DNA of 64,000 bases from Candidatus Liberibacter ctenarytainae (GTDB lineage: Bacteria; Pseudomonadota; Alphaproteobacteria; Rhizobiales; Rhizobiaceae): the NCBI GenBank assembly GCA_016808295.1, contig SEOL01000005.1, positions 10,357 to 74,356 on the forward strand. The letters run 5' to 3'. The position numbers were made by a program, and so were the translations under genes. Positions 53,296 through 63,447 of this stretch are shown here, piece by piece; positions within the stretch are counted from its first letter, which is position 1; every line of letters begins with the position of its first letter. Under the pieces are notes generated by a model. It saw only the letters and a list, made by a program, of their open reading frames with translations. It did not search any database and was not told the origin of the DNA.

Positions 53296-53921
53296 TTTAA
53301 CAGCACATTTTCTTTCAATAAAACATCGAAAAAATCAAATATCCTCTCGAATCTCCTCAAAAGGGGAAATATTTTGTATAAAGTCATATGGAAACAATAA
53401 CTGATTTAAAAAGATTGTTTTCTAATATTCTTTTATATCATTCTCAAACCATAGAAATGAGTTCACTTTTTCTCTTGAAAATAATCATTTCTCTCCTGAC
53501 GAATCTACGATCATATCTTCAATCTGATTATTGGGAGAATCCTATAGGTATTTTCTACCATAACTCTTGAGAACCTCCTCCTATTCGCACGATCAGAAAA
53601 AGATTATACCTATATTTTAAAACATAAAGTTGACTTTTTATAATCAACCACAAAACAACATGTATTATCCTTATGATGCACTCAATAGCCTAATCCATTA
53701 AAAAACATGAAGGGAAGCAGTAATGGTTGATATCAATTCCTCCCATTGCTGAAAACAGCATCTTTTTCACAAACCATATAATCTTTTAACTCTAATAACA
53801 AAGAATTCGAACAATTTTTAAATTGTCACATTTCTCCAAAAACAAGGAAGAAAATAATACATTGATAGAGATACATGTGATCCTTTTTATTGCCATGATT
53901 ACTAATAGCAAAAATATTTTC

Positions 53922-55211
53922 TTACTGCTCTTTAGTAATCTTACAGCGCTTATTCCACTCAAGATTGATATCTCCTGCCAACTTCTTGGCCACAGATTCA
54001 GGGCTATTATGTCCTGTCTCACCATCAATCTCATAATATCTAGATTGATTACCAACACAGCCTTGTAAGCGCTTTCTAGTAACCTCATCTGGAAGAATTC
54101 CTAAGGCAAATATTTGAACTTCATCGAATTTATTTGAATTAGGACTTAAAACATGAGAACAGTGTTCTATAAAATTACGGTAAATATCTCGTGATAGCTG
54201 TCCTGTAACAGCGATCATCAGCATATATTTTGTTTGGAAATTTTTTGTATTTTTCAGATCAAATAAATTTATCGGAAAAGGCTCTTTTCGTTTTAAAGCT
54301 TCTACCAAGTTAAATTCCAACAAGCTTTTTATCCCTGAATAGGGATTTTCTTCCCATATTGTCGTGTACATATTTCTAGAACGATCGTAAGTAGTAGTAT
54401 ATCCCTTATAAGCATTATATATTAACACCCCATCTCTCCAGTGTTTAATTGCATGATAATGATAAGGAGCTATCCCTAAAAATGGCGATGATATCGCTGG
54501 GAAAAATACATCGATAAAACCTCTTCTCGCGCGAATTCTAGATCTAGCAAATATGGTACCCTTGTCAGTATCATCATCAGCACTTATCTGCTGGTCAAAA
54601 GAATCAAAAGGTATGCTTTGGCCTCCCACTTGCTGTCTCCATATTCTATCAAAGTAATTTTTAGAAGCTAAATGTCTTATCCAAATACCGCTTTCTGTAA
54701 ATGGAATTGTTAGAAGCGCTGTGCTTTTTTGGAGCAAAAAAGATTGTTTGCTAGTGAAAATCTTCTCTCCTACTATCGTTTTAAAAAAAATACCGTTCCC
54801 TTGAACTTTTAATGTCATCTCCACCTTAACCCGCATAGTCACAGGATTAGCAGAAAGATTAGTAATAGAGACCACAAGGTGTTTTATCATATACTGGGCT
54901 TGTTCGTTATTCAGAGAAACTCGGTCTATATTGCCATTGATTCTCTCTATGATATTTTTCTTTACAAATAACTCCGCCTTCGAAGGGTTTGTTTCGTTTG
55001 CAAGGACATCGCCGCAATCAATCACATTAGCGATATCATAAGAGATATCATTAAAAACGCTCCGTAATCTTATGATAATAATCCCATTTATCAATATATC
55101 AGCAAATGACACTAAACCACCCAAGAAAATTGCTGTGATAATAAGAAAAGAACCCCTCCTACATTTTGTAAAACATGGGTCTATTCTGAAAAAATTCCTA
55201 AAATTAAACAT
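53922..55211 (-). CDS. TadG-like membrane-anchored protein (TadE/G-like N-terminus; possible degenerate vWA domain)
   Basis: 429 aa. The N-terminal RRGSFLIITAIFLGGLVSFADILINGIIIIRLRSVFNDISYDIAN resembles the Flp-pilus TadE/G-like motif (RGsvAiifAl.lPvl...). The C-terminal part resembles the end of vWA-type TadG proteins (...IFALGILPDEVTRKRLQGCVGNQSRYYEI...). No intact DxSxS MIDAS motif is seen. Confidence 0.4.
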   Translation of the reverse strand: MFNFRNFFRIDPCFTKCRRGSFLIITAIFLGGLVSFADILINGIIIIRLRSVFNDISYDIANVIDCGDVLANETNPSKAELFVKKNIIERINGNIDRVSLNNEQAQYMIKHLVVSITNLSANPVTMRVKVEMTLKVQGNGIFFKTIVGEKIFTSKQSFLLQKSTALLTIPFTESGIWIRHLASKNYFDRIWRQQVGGQSIPFDSFDQQISADDDTDKGTIFARSRIRARRGFIDVFFPAISSPFLGIAPYHYHAIKHWRDGVLIYNAYKGYTTTYDRSRNMYTTIWEENPYSGIKSLLEFNLVEALKRKEPFPINLFDLKNTKNFQTKYMLMIAVTGQLSRDIYRNFIEHCSHVLSPNSNKFDEVQIFALGILPDEVTRKRLQGCVGNQSRYYEIDGETGHNSPESVAKKLAGDINLEWNKRCKITKEQ

Positions 55212-55543
55212 TTATTACCTATGAAAAGATATACCTAAAATAATGCTAAAATAAAAAATATGCATGAAATTTCTATATGCGGAGGTATTCTTATACTAAC
55301 TTTTATCCAATTGAAAGCCCCTGAAAAACAGGAATGTTTTATTTTAGGAGTTAAATATCGCTTAATGATCCATTTAGGATATTTATCGTATTATTTTGGA
55401 ACGATTTTTACAAAATCCCGTTTATACACATAATATACGATTTAATATACGCTTTGCGCCCCCCTATTTATTTATCCAATTCACTTTTTAAAAAAGTAAA
55501 TTGCAAAGAGCTAAGAAACCTCGGAAAAGCACTTTATCATGCC

Positions 55544-55572
55544 TTGACAGAATCATCTTTATAAAAGATAAT
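55544..55572 (+). promoter_or_regulatory. Candidate sigma-70 promoter of cspA
   Basis: TTGACA (55544-55549), a 17-nt spacer, then GATAAT (55567-55572). This predicts a 5' UTR of about 170 nt, as is typical for cold-shock genes. Confidence 0.55.
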
Positions 55573-55747
55573 ACCGTCAAGGTCGATATTTTTTCGCTTT
55601 TTATAGTTTCTACACGGCAAATATTTGATAGAAGTGTGAGAAATTGCATTTTATTTAATGTTTTTTGCTGGTGGATTTTAGTGATGATGGTGTTTATTAG
55701 CGATTAAATATTAATTTTGGTTTGTACTCGAAAGGAAATTAAGTCAA

Positions 55748-55966
55748 GTGTCTACAGGTGCGATTAAGTGGTTTTGTGATCAAAAAGGGTTTGGTTTTAT
55801 TACCCCTCAGAACCCTGGTGAAAGAGATGTTTTTATGCATAGGTCTGCTGTGATTAATTCTGGCATATCTTGTTCAAGCCTCGTAGAGGGGCAGGAAGTT
55901 TCTTATGACTTTGTCAAAAACGACGTCACAGGAAAATATTCCGCAGAAAACATTAAACTTCTTTAA
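55748..55966 (+). CDS. cspA: Cold-shock protein (CspA family, S1-like CSD)
   Basis: 72 aa with a GTG start. The RNP1 and RNP2 motifs are KGFGFI and VFMHRSA (MSTGAIKWFCDQKGFGFITPQNPGERDVFMHRSAV). Confidence 0.9.
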   Translation: MSTGAIKWFCDQKGFGFITPQNPGERDVFMHRSAVINSGISCSSLVEGQEVSYDFVKNDVTGKYSAENIKLL

Positions 55967-56052
55967 TCATCTCCATTCACATTGCGTGATCGATATAAGT
56001 TTATGCCTTTGGTTGTGACTTGTATTATTCTTGTGATGTATCGGTGTTTTAT

Positions 56053-56092
56053 GAGAAAATTCTTTGGTATTCCGAGAATTTTCTCTTTTTTT
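56053..56092 (+). terminator. Rho-independent terminator downstream of cspA
   Basis: GAGAAAATTC (56053-56062) pairs perfectly with GAATTTTCTC (56076-56085), followed by TTTTTTT (56086-56092). Confidence 0.8.
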
Positions 56093-56586
56093 ATTATTGA
56101 TAAACTTGGGTGATTAGCTAATTTCTTTGTCTTCTGAAAAATAGTGCATCATATTTTTTGCGTAACAACAAGTTCTATGGTCTTCGGTCAAATCGAAATA
56201 TAAATATTAGTATGATGGTAATCTTCATTACATGAACTTTTTTGTGTTTTTTAGTCAATCTTATTTTCTATATTGATGACCGTGTTATATTATTTTATTC
56301 AGGTGTTTTCGATTTTATTTAAATGAGCATAAACAACAATAGACAAGAATTAAAATAGCTTTTATACTCAATATTAGCAGCTTTATATACTTCATGTTCA
56401 TGCTAGGAAATTGATTCCTTCAAATATTTTGTGTTTTTAAGGCTGTCTTTTTTGGATAGGCGAAGATTTTTGTGGCCTTGTGTTCAATTTTTCTATCTTC
56501 TACTGGTAATAAATAATCTTAACAATTTCTCTGATAGAAAAATTGTTATTTATGCAGATGATCGAAAAGGAAAGAGTGTATTTTAG

Positions 56587-58566
56587 ATGTCCTCAGATGT
56601 CGACGCAACATTCCCTGATGGTTCAGTCAAGAGTTTTAGCGCCCATACAACAGGGTATGATGTTGCCCAATCTATATCTAAATCTCTTGCGAAAAAAGCA
56701 ATAGCTTATGCCTTAGATGGAACAGTATACGATTTGTCCGATCCAATACAAACAGGATCAATTGAAATCATTACCCATTCAGACCCTAGGGCTTTAGATA
56801 TAATGCGCCATAGTTGCGCTCATATCATGGCAGAAGCAGTACAGATTCTGTGGCCAAAAACTAAAGTAGCAATTGGCCCAGTGATTGATAATGGGTTTTA
56901 CTATGATTTTGATAAGACAGAACCTTTTAGTTCCAGTGACCTTTCTCGAATCGAGGAGAAAATGCTGGAAATTATTCATAAAAATTCTCTTTTTTGTAAA
57001 AAACGCGTCTCTCGTGAATACGCAAAAGAACTTTTTTCGTCTCGAAAAGAAGAGTATAAAATAGAAATTTTAGATTCAATTCCCAAAGAACAGGATATTA
57101 CTCTTTATTACCATGGAGAATGGTTCGATCTTTGTCGCGGTCCACATGTAAGATCAACAGGACAAATAAAAACCTTTTTCAAATTAATGAAAGTTGCGGG
57201 AGCTTATTGGCGAGGAGATAAATCTCGTCCTATGTTATCGCGTATTTATGGTACTATCTGGATTACCCAGCAAGAACTAACACAATATTTAGACTTTCTT
57301 GTAGAATCTGAAAAGCGTGATCATCGAAAAATCGCTCGAGAAATGGATCTCTTTCACATTTCAGATGATGGATCAGGAGTCATTTTTTGGCATCAAAAAG
57401 GATGGAAGATATTTCAAAATCTTATATCTTATATGCGCAGAAAGATTAAAGATGATTATGAAGAAATTAATACTCCGCAGGTATTGGATAAGCACCTCTG
57501 GGAAAAATCAGGCCATTGGGATTGGTATAGAGCCAATATGTTTTCCGTGCAATGTGCTGATGAACAAGTAGAAGAACTCCGTTTATTTGCACTTAAACCA
57601 ATGAATTGTCCTGGACATGTCGAAGTTTTTAAGCATGCATTGAAATCTTATCGTGAACTTCCTGTCCGTTTAGCAGAATTTGGTTCTGTCTATCGTAACG
57701 AACCCTCTGGATCGCTCCATGGATTGATGCGTGTACGAGGATTCACACAGGACGATGCTCATGTTTTTTGCACAAAAGACCAAATGGCTGACGAATGCCT
57801 TAAAATTCATCATCTCATCGTATCAATTTATAAAGACTTTGGCTTTGAAAATATTACGGTTAAACTTTCTACCCGTCCTAAAGAGCGTATTGGTTCTGAT
57901 GCACTCTGGGATGATGCAGAAAATATGATGAGAAGCGTCCTTAATACCATTGAATCCTCCTCTCAGGAAAATATTAAAACCGGTGTTTTGCCCGGGGAAG
58001 GAGCATTTTATGGTCCAAAATTTGAATATGTCTTGAAAGATGCTATTGGTCGTGACTGGCAATGTGGAACGACGCAAATCGATTTTAATCTTCCTGATCG
58101 ATTTGATGCATCTTATATTGATTCTCAATCTAAAAAATGCCGCCCTATTATGATACATCGCGCTATATTTGGCTCTATTGAACGTTTTATTGGTATTTCA
58201 ATTGAGCATTTTGGAGGATATCTTCCACTATGGATTGCTCCAGTACAAGTTGTGGTTGCAACGATTACTTCATCTTCCATACATTACGCTCAAGAAGTTG
58301 CTACTCTTTTAAAAAGCCATGGTATCTCTGTTGAGACAGATATCCGAAACGAAAAAATAAATTATAAAATTCGCGACCATTCAACCAAAAAAGTTCCCAT
58401 CATCATGATATGCGGAGATAAAGAAGCTCATGAACGCTCTGTAAACATTCGTCGCCTTGGCTTACAAACGTCACAATCTATCGGACTTCTCGATGCCATA
58501 CAGATTCTAAAACAGGAATCTCTGCCTCCTGATATGATCAGGACAGAAAAAAAATCTGCAGAATAG
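56587..58566 (+). CDS. thrS: Threonyl-tRNA synthetase
   Basis: 659 aa. It has a TGS domain, an editing-domain [11 protein letters not shown] motif, a class II catalytic core ([27 protein letters not shown]) and an anticodon-binding domain. Confidence 0.95.
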   Translation: MSSDVDATFPDGSVKSFSAHTTGYDVAQSISKSLAKKAIAYALDGTVYDLSDPIQTGSIEIITHSDPRALDIMRHSCAHIMAEAVQILWPKTKVAIGPVIDNGFYYDFDKTEPFSSSDLSRIEEKMLEIIHKNSLFCKKRVSREYAKELFSSRKEEYKIEILDSIPKEQDITLYYHGEWFDLCRGPHVRSTGQIKTFFKLMKVAGAYWRGDKSRPMLSRIYGTIWITQQELTQYLDFLVESEKRDHRKIAREMDLFHISDDGSGVIFWHQKGWKIFQNLISYMRRKIKDDYEEINTPQVLDKHLWEKSGHWDWYRANMFSVQCADEQVEELRLFALKPMNCPGHVEVFKHALKSYRELPVRLAEFGSVYRNEPSGSLHGLMRVRGFTQDDAHVFCTKDQMADECLKIHHLIVSIYKDFGFENITVKLSTRPKERIGSDALWDDAENMMRSVLNTIESSSQENIKTGVLPGEGAFYGPKFEYVLKDAIGRDWQCGTTQIDFNLPDRFDASYIDSQSKKCRPIMIHRAIFGSIERFIGISIEHFGGYLPLWIAPVQVVVATITSSSIHYAQEVATLLKSHGISVETDIRNEKINYKIRDHSTKKVPIIMICGDKEAHERSVNIRRLGLQTSQSIGLLDAIQILKQESLPPDMIRTEKKSAE

Positions 58567-58772
58567 ATTGCGATCTAAAACATGTGATTCTCATGTTCAT
58601 CAACATAATCTGACAACATGTATTTTTGATCCATTTTATTCAAAATATGAGAATATTATATATATATATCAATTGTTTTCCTTTTTACATCATCTTGAAA
58701 AGAATTTTCTGATAGAATGATTTTAATACATTCCATCAACCATAAACAATAATCAAATATTCAAGCAGAACC

Positions 58773-60461
58773 ATGGACTATCTCTTGTCAAAAAATATCA
58801 CTATAGCTATTGCACAACTGAATCCTACGATTGGCGATATCACTGGAAATATTGCATTAGCACGCAAGGCTCGAGAAGAAGCCAAGCGTCAGGGAGCGCA
58901 TCTTATCCTTTTTACAGAACTCTTTATATCAGGATATCCCCCAGAAGATTTAATTTTCAAAACATCTTTTATACAGGCATGTCATGATGCCGTGGAGACA
59001 TTAACAATTGATACTCGAGATAACGGGCCAGGGATTATTATTGGTTTTCCTCGTCGGAATCAAAAAGGTATTTTGAATTCAGTTGCAATCTTAGATGCAG
59101 GCAATATCATCGCTATTCGAGACAAGATAAGCTTACCGAACTACGATGAATTCCATGAAAAACGCATTTTTATACCAGGAACATTCAATGATCCCATTGA
59201 ATTCAGAGGTATTCGAATAGGAATTTTGATCTGCGAAGATCTCTGGGAAAATGCTAATATTTGTAAAAATTTACAAGAAAAAGGAGCCGAACTACTTCTA
59301 ATACTCAATGCTTCTCCCTATTATCGTAATAAACTGAGCATGCGCTATGATATGGTCTTTCAACGAATTTCTCAAATACATCTGCCAATTATTTATGCAA
59401 ACCAGGTTGGAGGACAAGATGAGCTCGTATTTGATGGTGCTAGCTTTTGCTTTAACTCCAACCATCAATTAGCTTTTCAAATGCCATCCTTTCAAGAACA
59501 AAACTTGATGAGCCATTGGTTGTACCATAAAAGTTCAGGTTGGCATTGCACAAGTCATATACCCCAATCAACAAATACTCCACCTGAATCTGAAGAAGCA
59601 GATTATAGCGCCTGTATTCTAGGATTGCGTGATTATGTCCACAAGAATCATTTTCATAAAGTCATTGTTGGACTTTCAGGTGGCATAGATTCTGCATTAT
59701 GTGCGACAATGGCCGTTGACGCTCTAGGGAAAGATAATGTGCGTACAATTATGCTTCCCTATATTTATACATCAGAACAGAGCCTAGAGGATGCAGCTGC
59801 TTGTGCAAAGGCACTGGGTTGTCGACACGATGTTCTATCTATTAAAAACTTTGTTGATAATTTCTTTTCTCTCATGTCACAATTCTTTGAGGAAGAGGTC
59901 TCTGGCATTGTAGCAGAAAACATACAAAGTCGTATCAGAGGCAATATATTGATGACAATCTCTAATAAGTCAGGAGAAATGTTGCTCACAACCAGCAATA
60001 AATCCGAAATATCTGTTGGATATGGAACACTCTACGGTGACATGAGTGGTGGATTTAATCCACTTAAAGACCTTTATAAAACACAGGTTTACAAGTTAGC
60101 ATCATGGCGTAATTCACATTGTATACTCGGTGGATTAGGACCTTCTGGCGAAGTCATTCCCACGAAAATCCTTGAAAAATCTCCCTCTGCTGAATTGCGC
60201 CCTCATCAAAAAGATCAAGATTCTCTTCCACCTTATTCTGTTTTAGACGATATCCTTGAATGCATCATTGAACAAGAACAAACTTTGAAAAGCATTGCTG
60301 AAAAAGAAAAATACAGCACTGAGATCATTCATCATATAGAAAATCTTTTATATCAATTTGAATATAAACGCCGACAATCTGCTCCAGGAACAAAAATAAC
60401 CTCCAAGAGCTTTGGTCGTGACCGACTGTATCCAATTATCAATCAATTTCGTGAGCAATAA
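58773..60461 (+). CDS. nadE: Glutamine-dependent NAD+ synthetase
   Basis: 562 aa. It has an N-terminal CN-hydrolase (nitrilase-like) domain (ILFTELFISGYPPEDL; ICEDLW) and a C-terminal synthetase domain with the SGGIDS P-loop. Confidence 0.92.
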   Translation: MDYLLSKNITIAIAQLNPTIGDITGNIALARKAREEAKRQGAHLILFTELFISGYPPEDLIFKTSFIQACHDAVETLTIDTRDNGPGIIIGFPRRNQKGILNSVAILDAGNIIAIRDKISLPNYDEFHEKRIFIPGTFNDPIEFRGIRIGILICEDLWENANICKNLQEKGAELLLILNASPYYRNKLSMRYDMVFQRISQIHLPIIYANQVGGQDELVFDGASFCFNSNHQLAFQMPSFQEQNLMSHWLYHKSSGWHCTSHIPQSTNTPPESEEADYSACILGLRDYVHKNHFHKVIVGLSGGIDSALCATMAVDALGKDNVRTIMLPYIYTSEQSLEDAAACAKALGCRHDVLSIKNFVDNFFSLMSQFFEEEVSGIVAENIQSRIRGNILMTISNKSGEMLLTTSNKSEISVGYGTLYGDMSGGFNPLKDLYKTQVYKLASWRNSHCILGGLGPSGEVIPTKILEKSPSAELRPHQKDQDSLPPYSVLDDILECIIEQEQTLKSIAEKEKYSTEIIHHIENLLYQFEYKRRQSAPGTKITSKSFGRDRLYPIINQFREQ

Positions 60462-60740
60462 CAACTTCTTCACCCTTTAGTCTTTCTTCTTACTCTATTA
60501 TCATTGCTTCACATAATCATACCAATTGAAAAACAAACGACCTATCAGGAAATCTATTCCCTCCTTTAATATATTGCTCATATCTCTTTGGATGAATGAT
60601 ATCAACAATCTCTTCTCGGAAAGATCACTTCTCTGCGATTGATCTTTATTGATCAATACTCACGACCCAATCTATCTTCTCTTCTAAAAAAAATTGTACG
60701 TTTAACATCTGATTTCTATATAAGAATAAAACTGAATTCA

Positions 60741-62084
60741 TCAATAAAAACTACCTGAAGCTGCAAAACGACGCAATGAATCTCGATAAGCATCATAATC
60801 TTTAATAGGACAAGCGGCAACGCCTGTTTCTTCAGCGGCCTTGGCTACTGCAGAAGCAATATAAACAATTAAATTAGGGTCAAAAGGAGATGGGATAAGA
60901 TAGTTAGGACCAAATACAGGGGTTTTTCCTGAACAAGAATTCTGACAGACTATATCAGATGGAACACTACGAACTAATGCAGCCATGGAGCGTACAGCTG
61001 CTATTTTCATCTCTTCATTGATAGAAGAAGCCCCACAGTCTAATGCTCCTCTAAAAATATAAGGGAAACACAAAACATTATTTACTTGATTGTCTAAATC
61101 AGAACGCCCTGTACAGATCATTGCATCAGGTCGAATTTGTGTAATAACATCAGGCATAACCTCAGGAATAGGATTTGCCAAAGGCATAACCAATGGATTC
61201 TTTGCCATATATTTTAAAGAAAGAGGATCAAGCGCTCCTGCGGCAGATAAACCAAGGAATACATCAGCATCCTGCATCGTTTCAGAAAATGGCTTCTTAC
61301 CCCCTTCTTGACAGAAAACTGATTTCCACTTGTCAATCTTTTTTGGACGTCCTTTATAAACAAGCCCTTCAAGATCATGAACCCAAATATTCTCACGTCT
61401 CACCCCCATTCTTACCAAAAGATTCAAACAGGCTAAGGCAGCTGCACCCGCTCCTAAGGCAACAATTTTAATATCATTAAGAGATTTCCCTGCCAATTCC
61501 ATCCCATTCATAATTGCAGCGGCAACAGTAATAGCCGTTCCATGTTGATCGTCGTGAAAAACAGGTATTTTCATCTTTTGTGATAAAATTCTTTCAACTT
61601 CAAAGCATTCAGGAGCTTTAATATCTTCTAGATTAATACCCCCAAATGTTGGCTCTAGTGCAGCAATGGTGGAAACCATCGTTTTAACATCTTTGGCATC
61701 AATTTCTATATCAAAAACATTAATACCTGCAAATTTCTTAAATAATACTGCTTTTCCTTCCATAACAGGTTTGGCAGCCAAAGGGCCTATATTACCTAAT
61801 CCAAGGACTGCCGATCCATTGGAAATCACAGCCACAAGATTAGACCGAATCGTATATATAGCCGCCTTGGAAGGATCCTTATAAATAGCCATACAAGGAT
61901 CTGCTACGCCTGGAGAATAAGCCAAGGATAAATCCTTTAGATTATTGAGTGGCTTGGTTGCACAAATTTCTAATTTTCCAGCACGAGGATTTTGATGATA
62001 TACAAGCGCCTGTTTAGATAAATCATCTTCTATTTCAAACTTGAGATTCTTTGTATCTTTTGACGATTTATTTTCCATAACCAT
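60741..62084 (-). CDS. NAD(P)-dependent malic enzyme, short form (no phosphotransacetylase-like C-terminal domain)
   Basis: 447 aa with LSLAYSPGVADPC, PVFHDDQHGTA and IVALGAGAAALA motifs. It ends shortly after the malic-enzyme NAD-binding domain. Confidence 0.88.
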   Translation of the reverse strand: MVMENKSSKDTKNLKFEIEDDLSKQALVYHQNPRAGKLEICATKPLNNLKDLSLAYSPGVADPCMAIYKDPSKAAIYTIRSNLVAVISNGSAVLGLGNIGPLAAKPVMEGKAVLFKKFAGINVFDIEIDAKDVKTMVSTIAALEPTFGGINLEDIKAPECFEVERILSQKMKIPVFHDDQHGTAITVAAAIMNGMELAGKSLNDIKIVALGAGAAALACLNLLVRMGVRRENIWVHDLEGLVYKGRPKKIDKWKSVFCQEGGKKPFSETMQDADVFLGLSAAGALDPLSLKYMAKNPLVMPLANPIPEVMPDVITQIRPDAMICTGRSDLDNQVNNVLCFPYIFRGALDCGASSINEEMKIAAVRSMAALVRSVPSDIVCQNSCSGKTPVFGPNYLIPSPFDPNLIVYIASAVAKAAEETGVAACPIKDYDAYRDSLRRFAASGSFY

Positions 62085-62266
62085 GATCTCTCTTTCAGAT
62101 ATAATTAATCAGCACACTACTTCCTTAACTTCTTATTACATTTTCTAATACTAAACTCCTAATATTGAGTAATCCCTTGCAAAATAATGCATATAGGAAT
62201 ATAGTGCCGTGTCTTAATCGTTCCCTCGCCAATCTATGCTGGACAAATCAGTGGAAACAACAGAAG

Positions 62267-63427
62267 ATGACGACAAAACCAGAGAGTAATACCTTGAAAG
62301 GTGTTATTTTGTCTACTTCAGAAAATGAAAAAAAAATCTTTCGCTGTATCGGAAGGTGGAAAATTACAGATTCTTCTACAATAGCAAGCGATATACTTAC
62401 AATCATAAACCAATCTATGCAAGACGATTCTGCTATTATTGATCTTTCTGGAATCACAGAAGTTGATACTCTCGGAGCTATATGTATTGTTCGCCTGCAA
62501 AGGAATTATAAAGGAACGATCGAATTACAAGGTATCAGTCCTCATATTGAACAATTAATGTCTATTATACCTCACGATCTAGATGAATATAATAAAAGAA
62601 GTTCTTTCTCTCCTAATGTATCTCTCACAAAAATTTGTATGTCTGTTGGAAAAAAAGTTTTCCTATTCATCGATAATTTTTGCAATCAATTATATGTTTT
62701 TGGTTTAATCATCAGTAATATAAGGGAATTATTCCTTAATCGCTACCGCTCTAAGGAATTTTTTCTTTCTCTCATCAAGCAAATACATTATATGGGGGTA
62801 AGCGGAGCACCAGTCATTATTCTGATCTCTTTTGTTACTGGCGCAGTTATTGCACAACAAGGAGCATTTCAGTTGGCTCATTTTGGAGCAGAAATTTTTG
62901 CGATTGATTTGATGAGCATCCTACAATTACGTGAAATCGGAGTATTGCTCACGGCTGTTATGGTTGCTGGACGCTCTGGAAGTGCTATTGCGGCTGAGAT
63001 TAGCGTCATGAAGATTAATGAGGAGCTTGATGCTATCAAAGTGATGGGCATAGATCTAGTTAGGGTTCTCATATCTCCGCGCATTTGGGCACTGATCATT
63101 TCGTTGCCATTACTCACTATTTTAGCTAATTTCTCTGCCATTATCGGCGCCTCTATCGTTGTTTGGAAATACTATGATATTTCTTTTTTTGTATTTTTCT
63201 CACGATTCCATGCAACAGCCACGTTAGCAAATGTTTTTACAGGCTTAATTAAAGCTCCATTTATGGCTTGCGCAATTGGCATTATTGCCTTCAAAGAAGG
63301 ATTAAAGGTTGGATTCAATGCAGATTCCCTCGGGACTAAAGTCACTAATTGCGTTGTTCAATCCATTTCTATGGTCATTATCATAGATTCACTCTTTGCT
63401 ATGTTCTATTTCGCAATTGGTATATAA
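62267..63427 (+). CDS. MlaE-family ABC transporter permease with N-terminal STAS (MlaB-like) domain
   Basis: The C-terminal 260 aa are MlaE-like (QIHYMGVSGAPVIILISFVTGAVIAQQGA...REIGVLLTAVMVAGRSGSAIAAEI). The N-terminal region IIDLSGITEVDTLGAICIVRL looks STAS-like. I chose ATG 62267. The ORF track starts at a TTG at 62165. Confidence 0.75.
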   Translation: MTTKPESNTLKGVILSTSENEKKIFRCIGRWKITDSSTIASDILTIINQSMQDDSAIIDLSGITEVDTLGAICIVRLQRNYKGTIELQGISPHIEQLMSIIPHDLDEYNKRSSFSPNVSLTKICMSVGKKVFLFIDNFCNQLYVFGLIISNIRELFLNRYRSKEFFLSLIKQIHYMGVSGAPVIILISFVTGAVIAQQGAFQLAHFGAEIFAIDLMSILQLREIGVLLTAVMVAGRSGSAIAAEISVMKINEELDAIKVMGIDLVRVLISPRIWALIISLPLLTILANFSAIIGASIVVWKYYDISFFVFFSRFHATATLANVFTGLIKAPFMACAIGIIAFKEGLKVGFNADSLGTKVTNCVVQSISMVIIIDSLFAMFYFAIGI

Positions 63428-63447
63428 TGACATAGGAAAGGCTGCTT

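Noticed and set aside
55501-55707. 68-aa ORF (TTG start) upstream of cspA
   Set aside because: It lies within the predicted cspA promoter and 5' UTR, has no RBS, and has a non-ATG start with an implausible composition. The region is better explained as leader RNA.
56520-56548. Hairpin TAACAATTT-N11-AAATTGTTA 40 nt upstream of thrS, as a possible tRNA-Thr-mimic operator like that of E. coli thrS
   Set aside because: The loop (CTCTGATAGAA) contains no Thr anticodon-like triplet (NGU). The stem is pure A/T and could arise by chance in this composition. The E. coli mechanism is not known to be conserved outside enterobacteria.
58657-58669. (TA)6 dinucleotide run in the thrS-nadE spacer, and an (ATG)4 run at 37768-37781
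   Set aside because: These are short runs in AT-rich intergenic DNA. They are below the length usually associated with phase variation and are not positioned between recognisable -35 and -10 elements.
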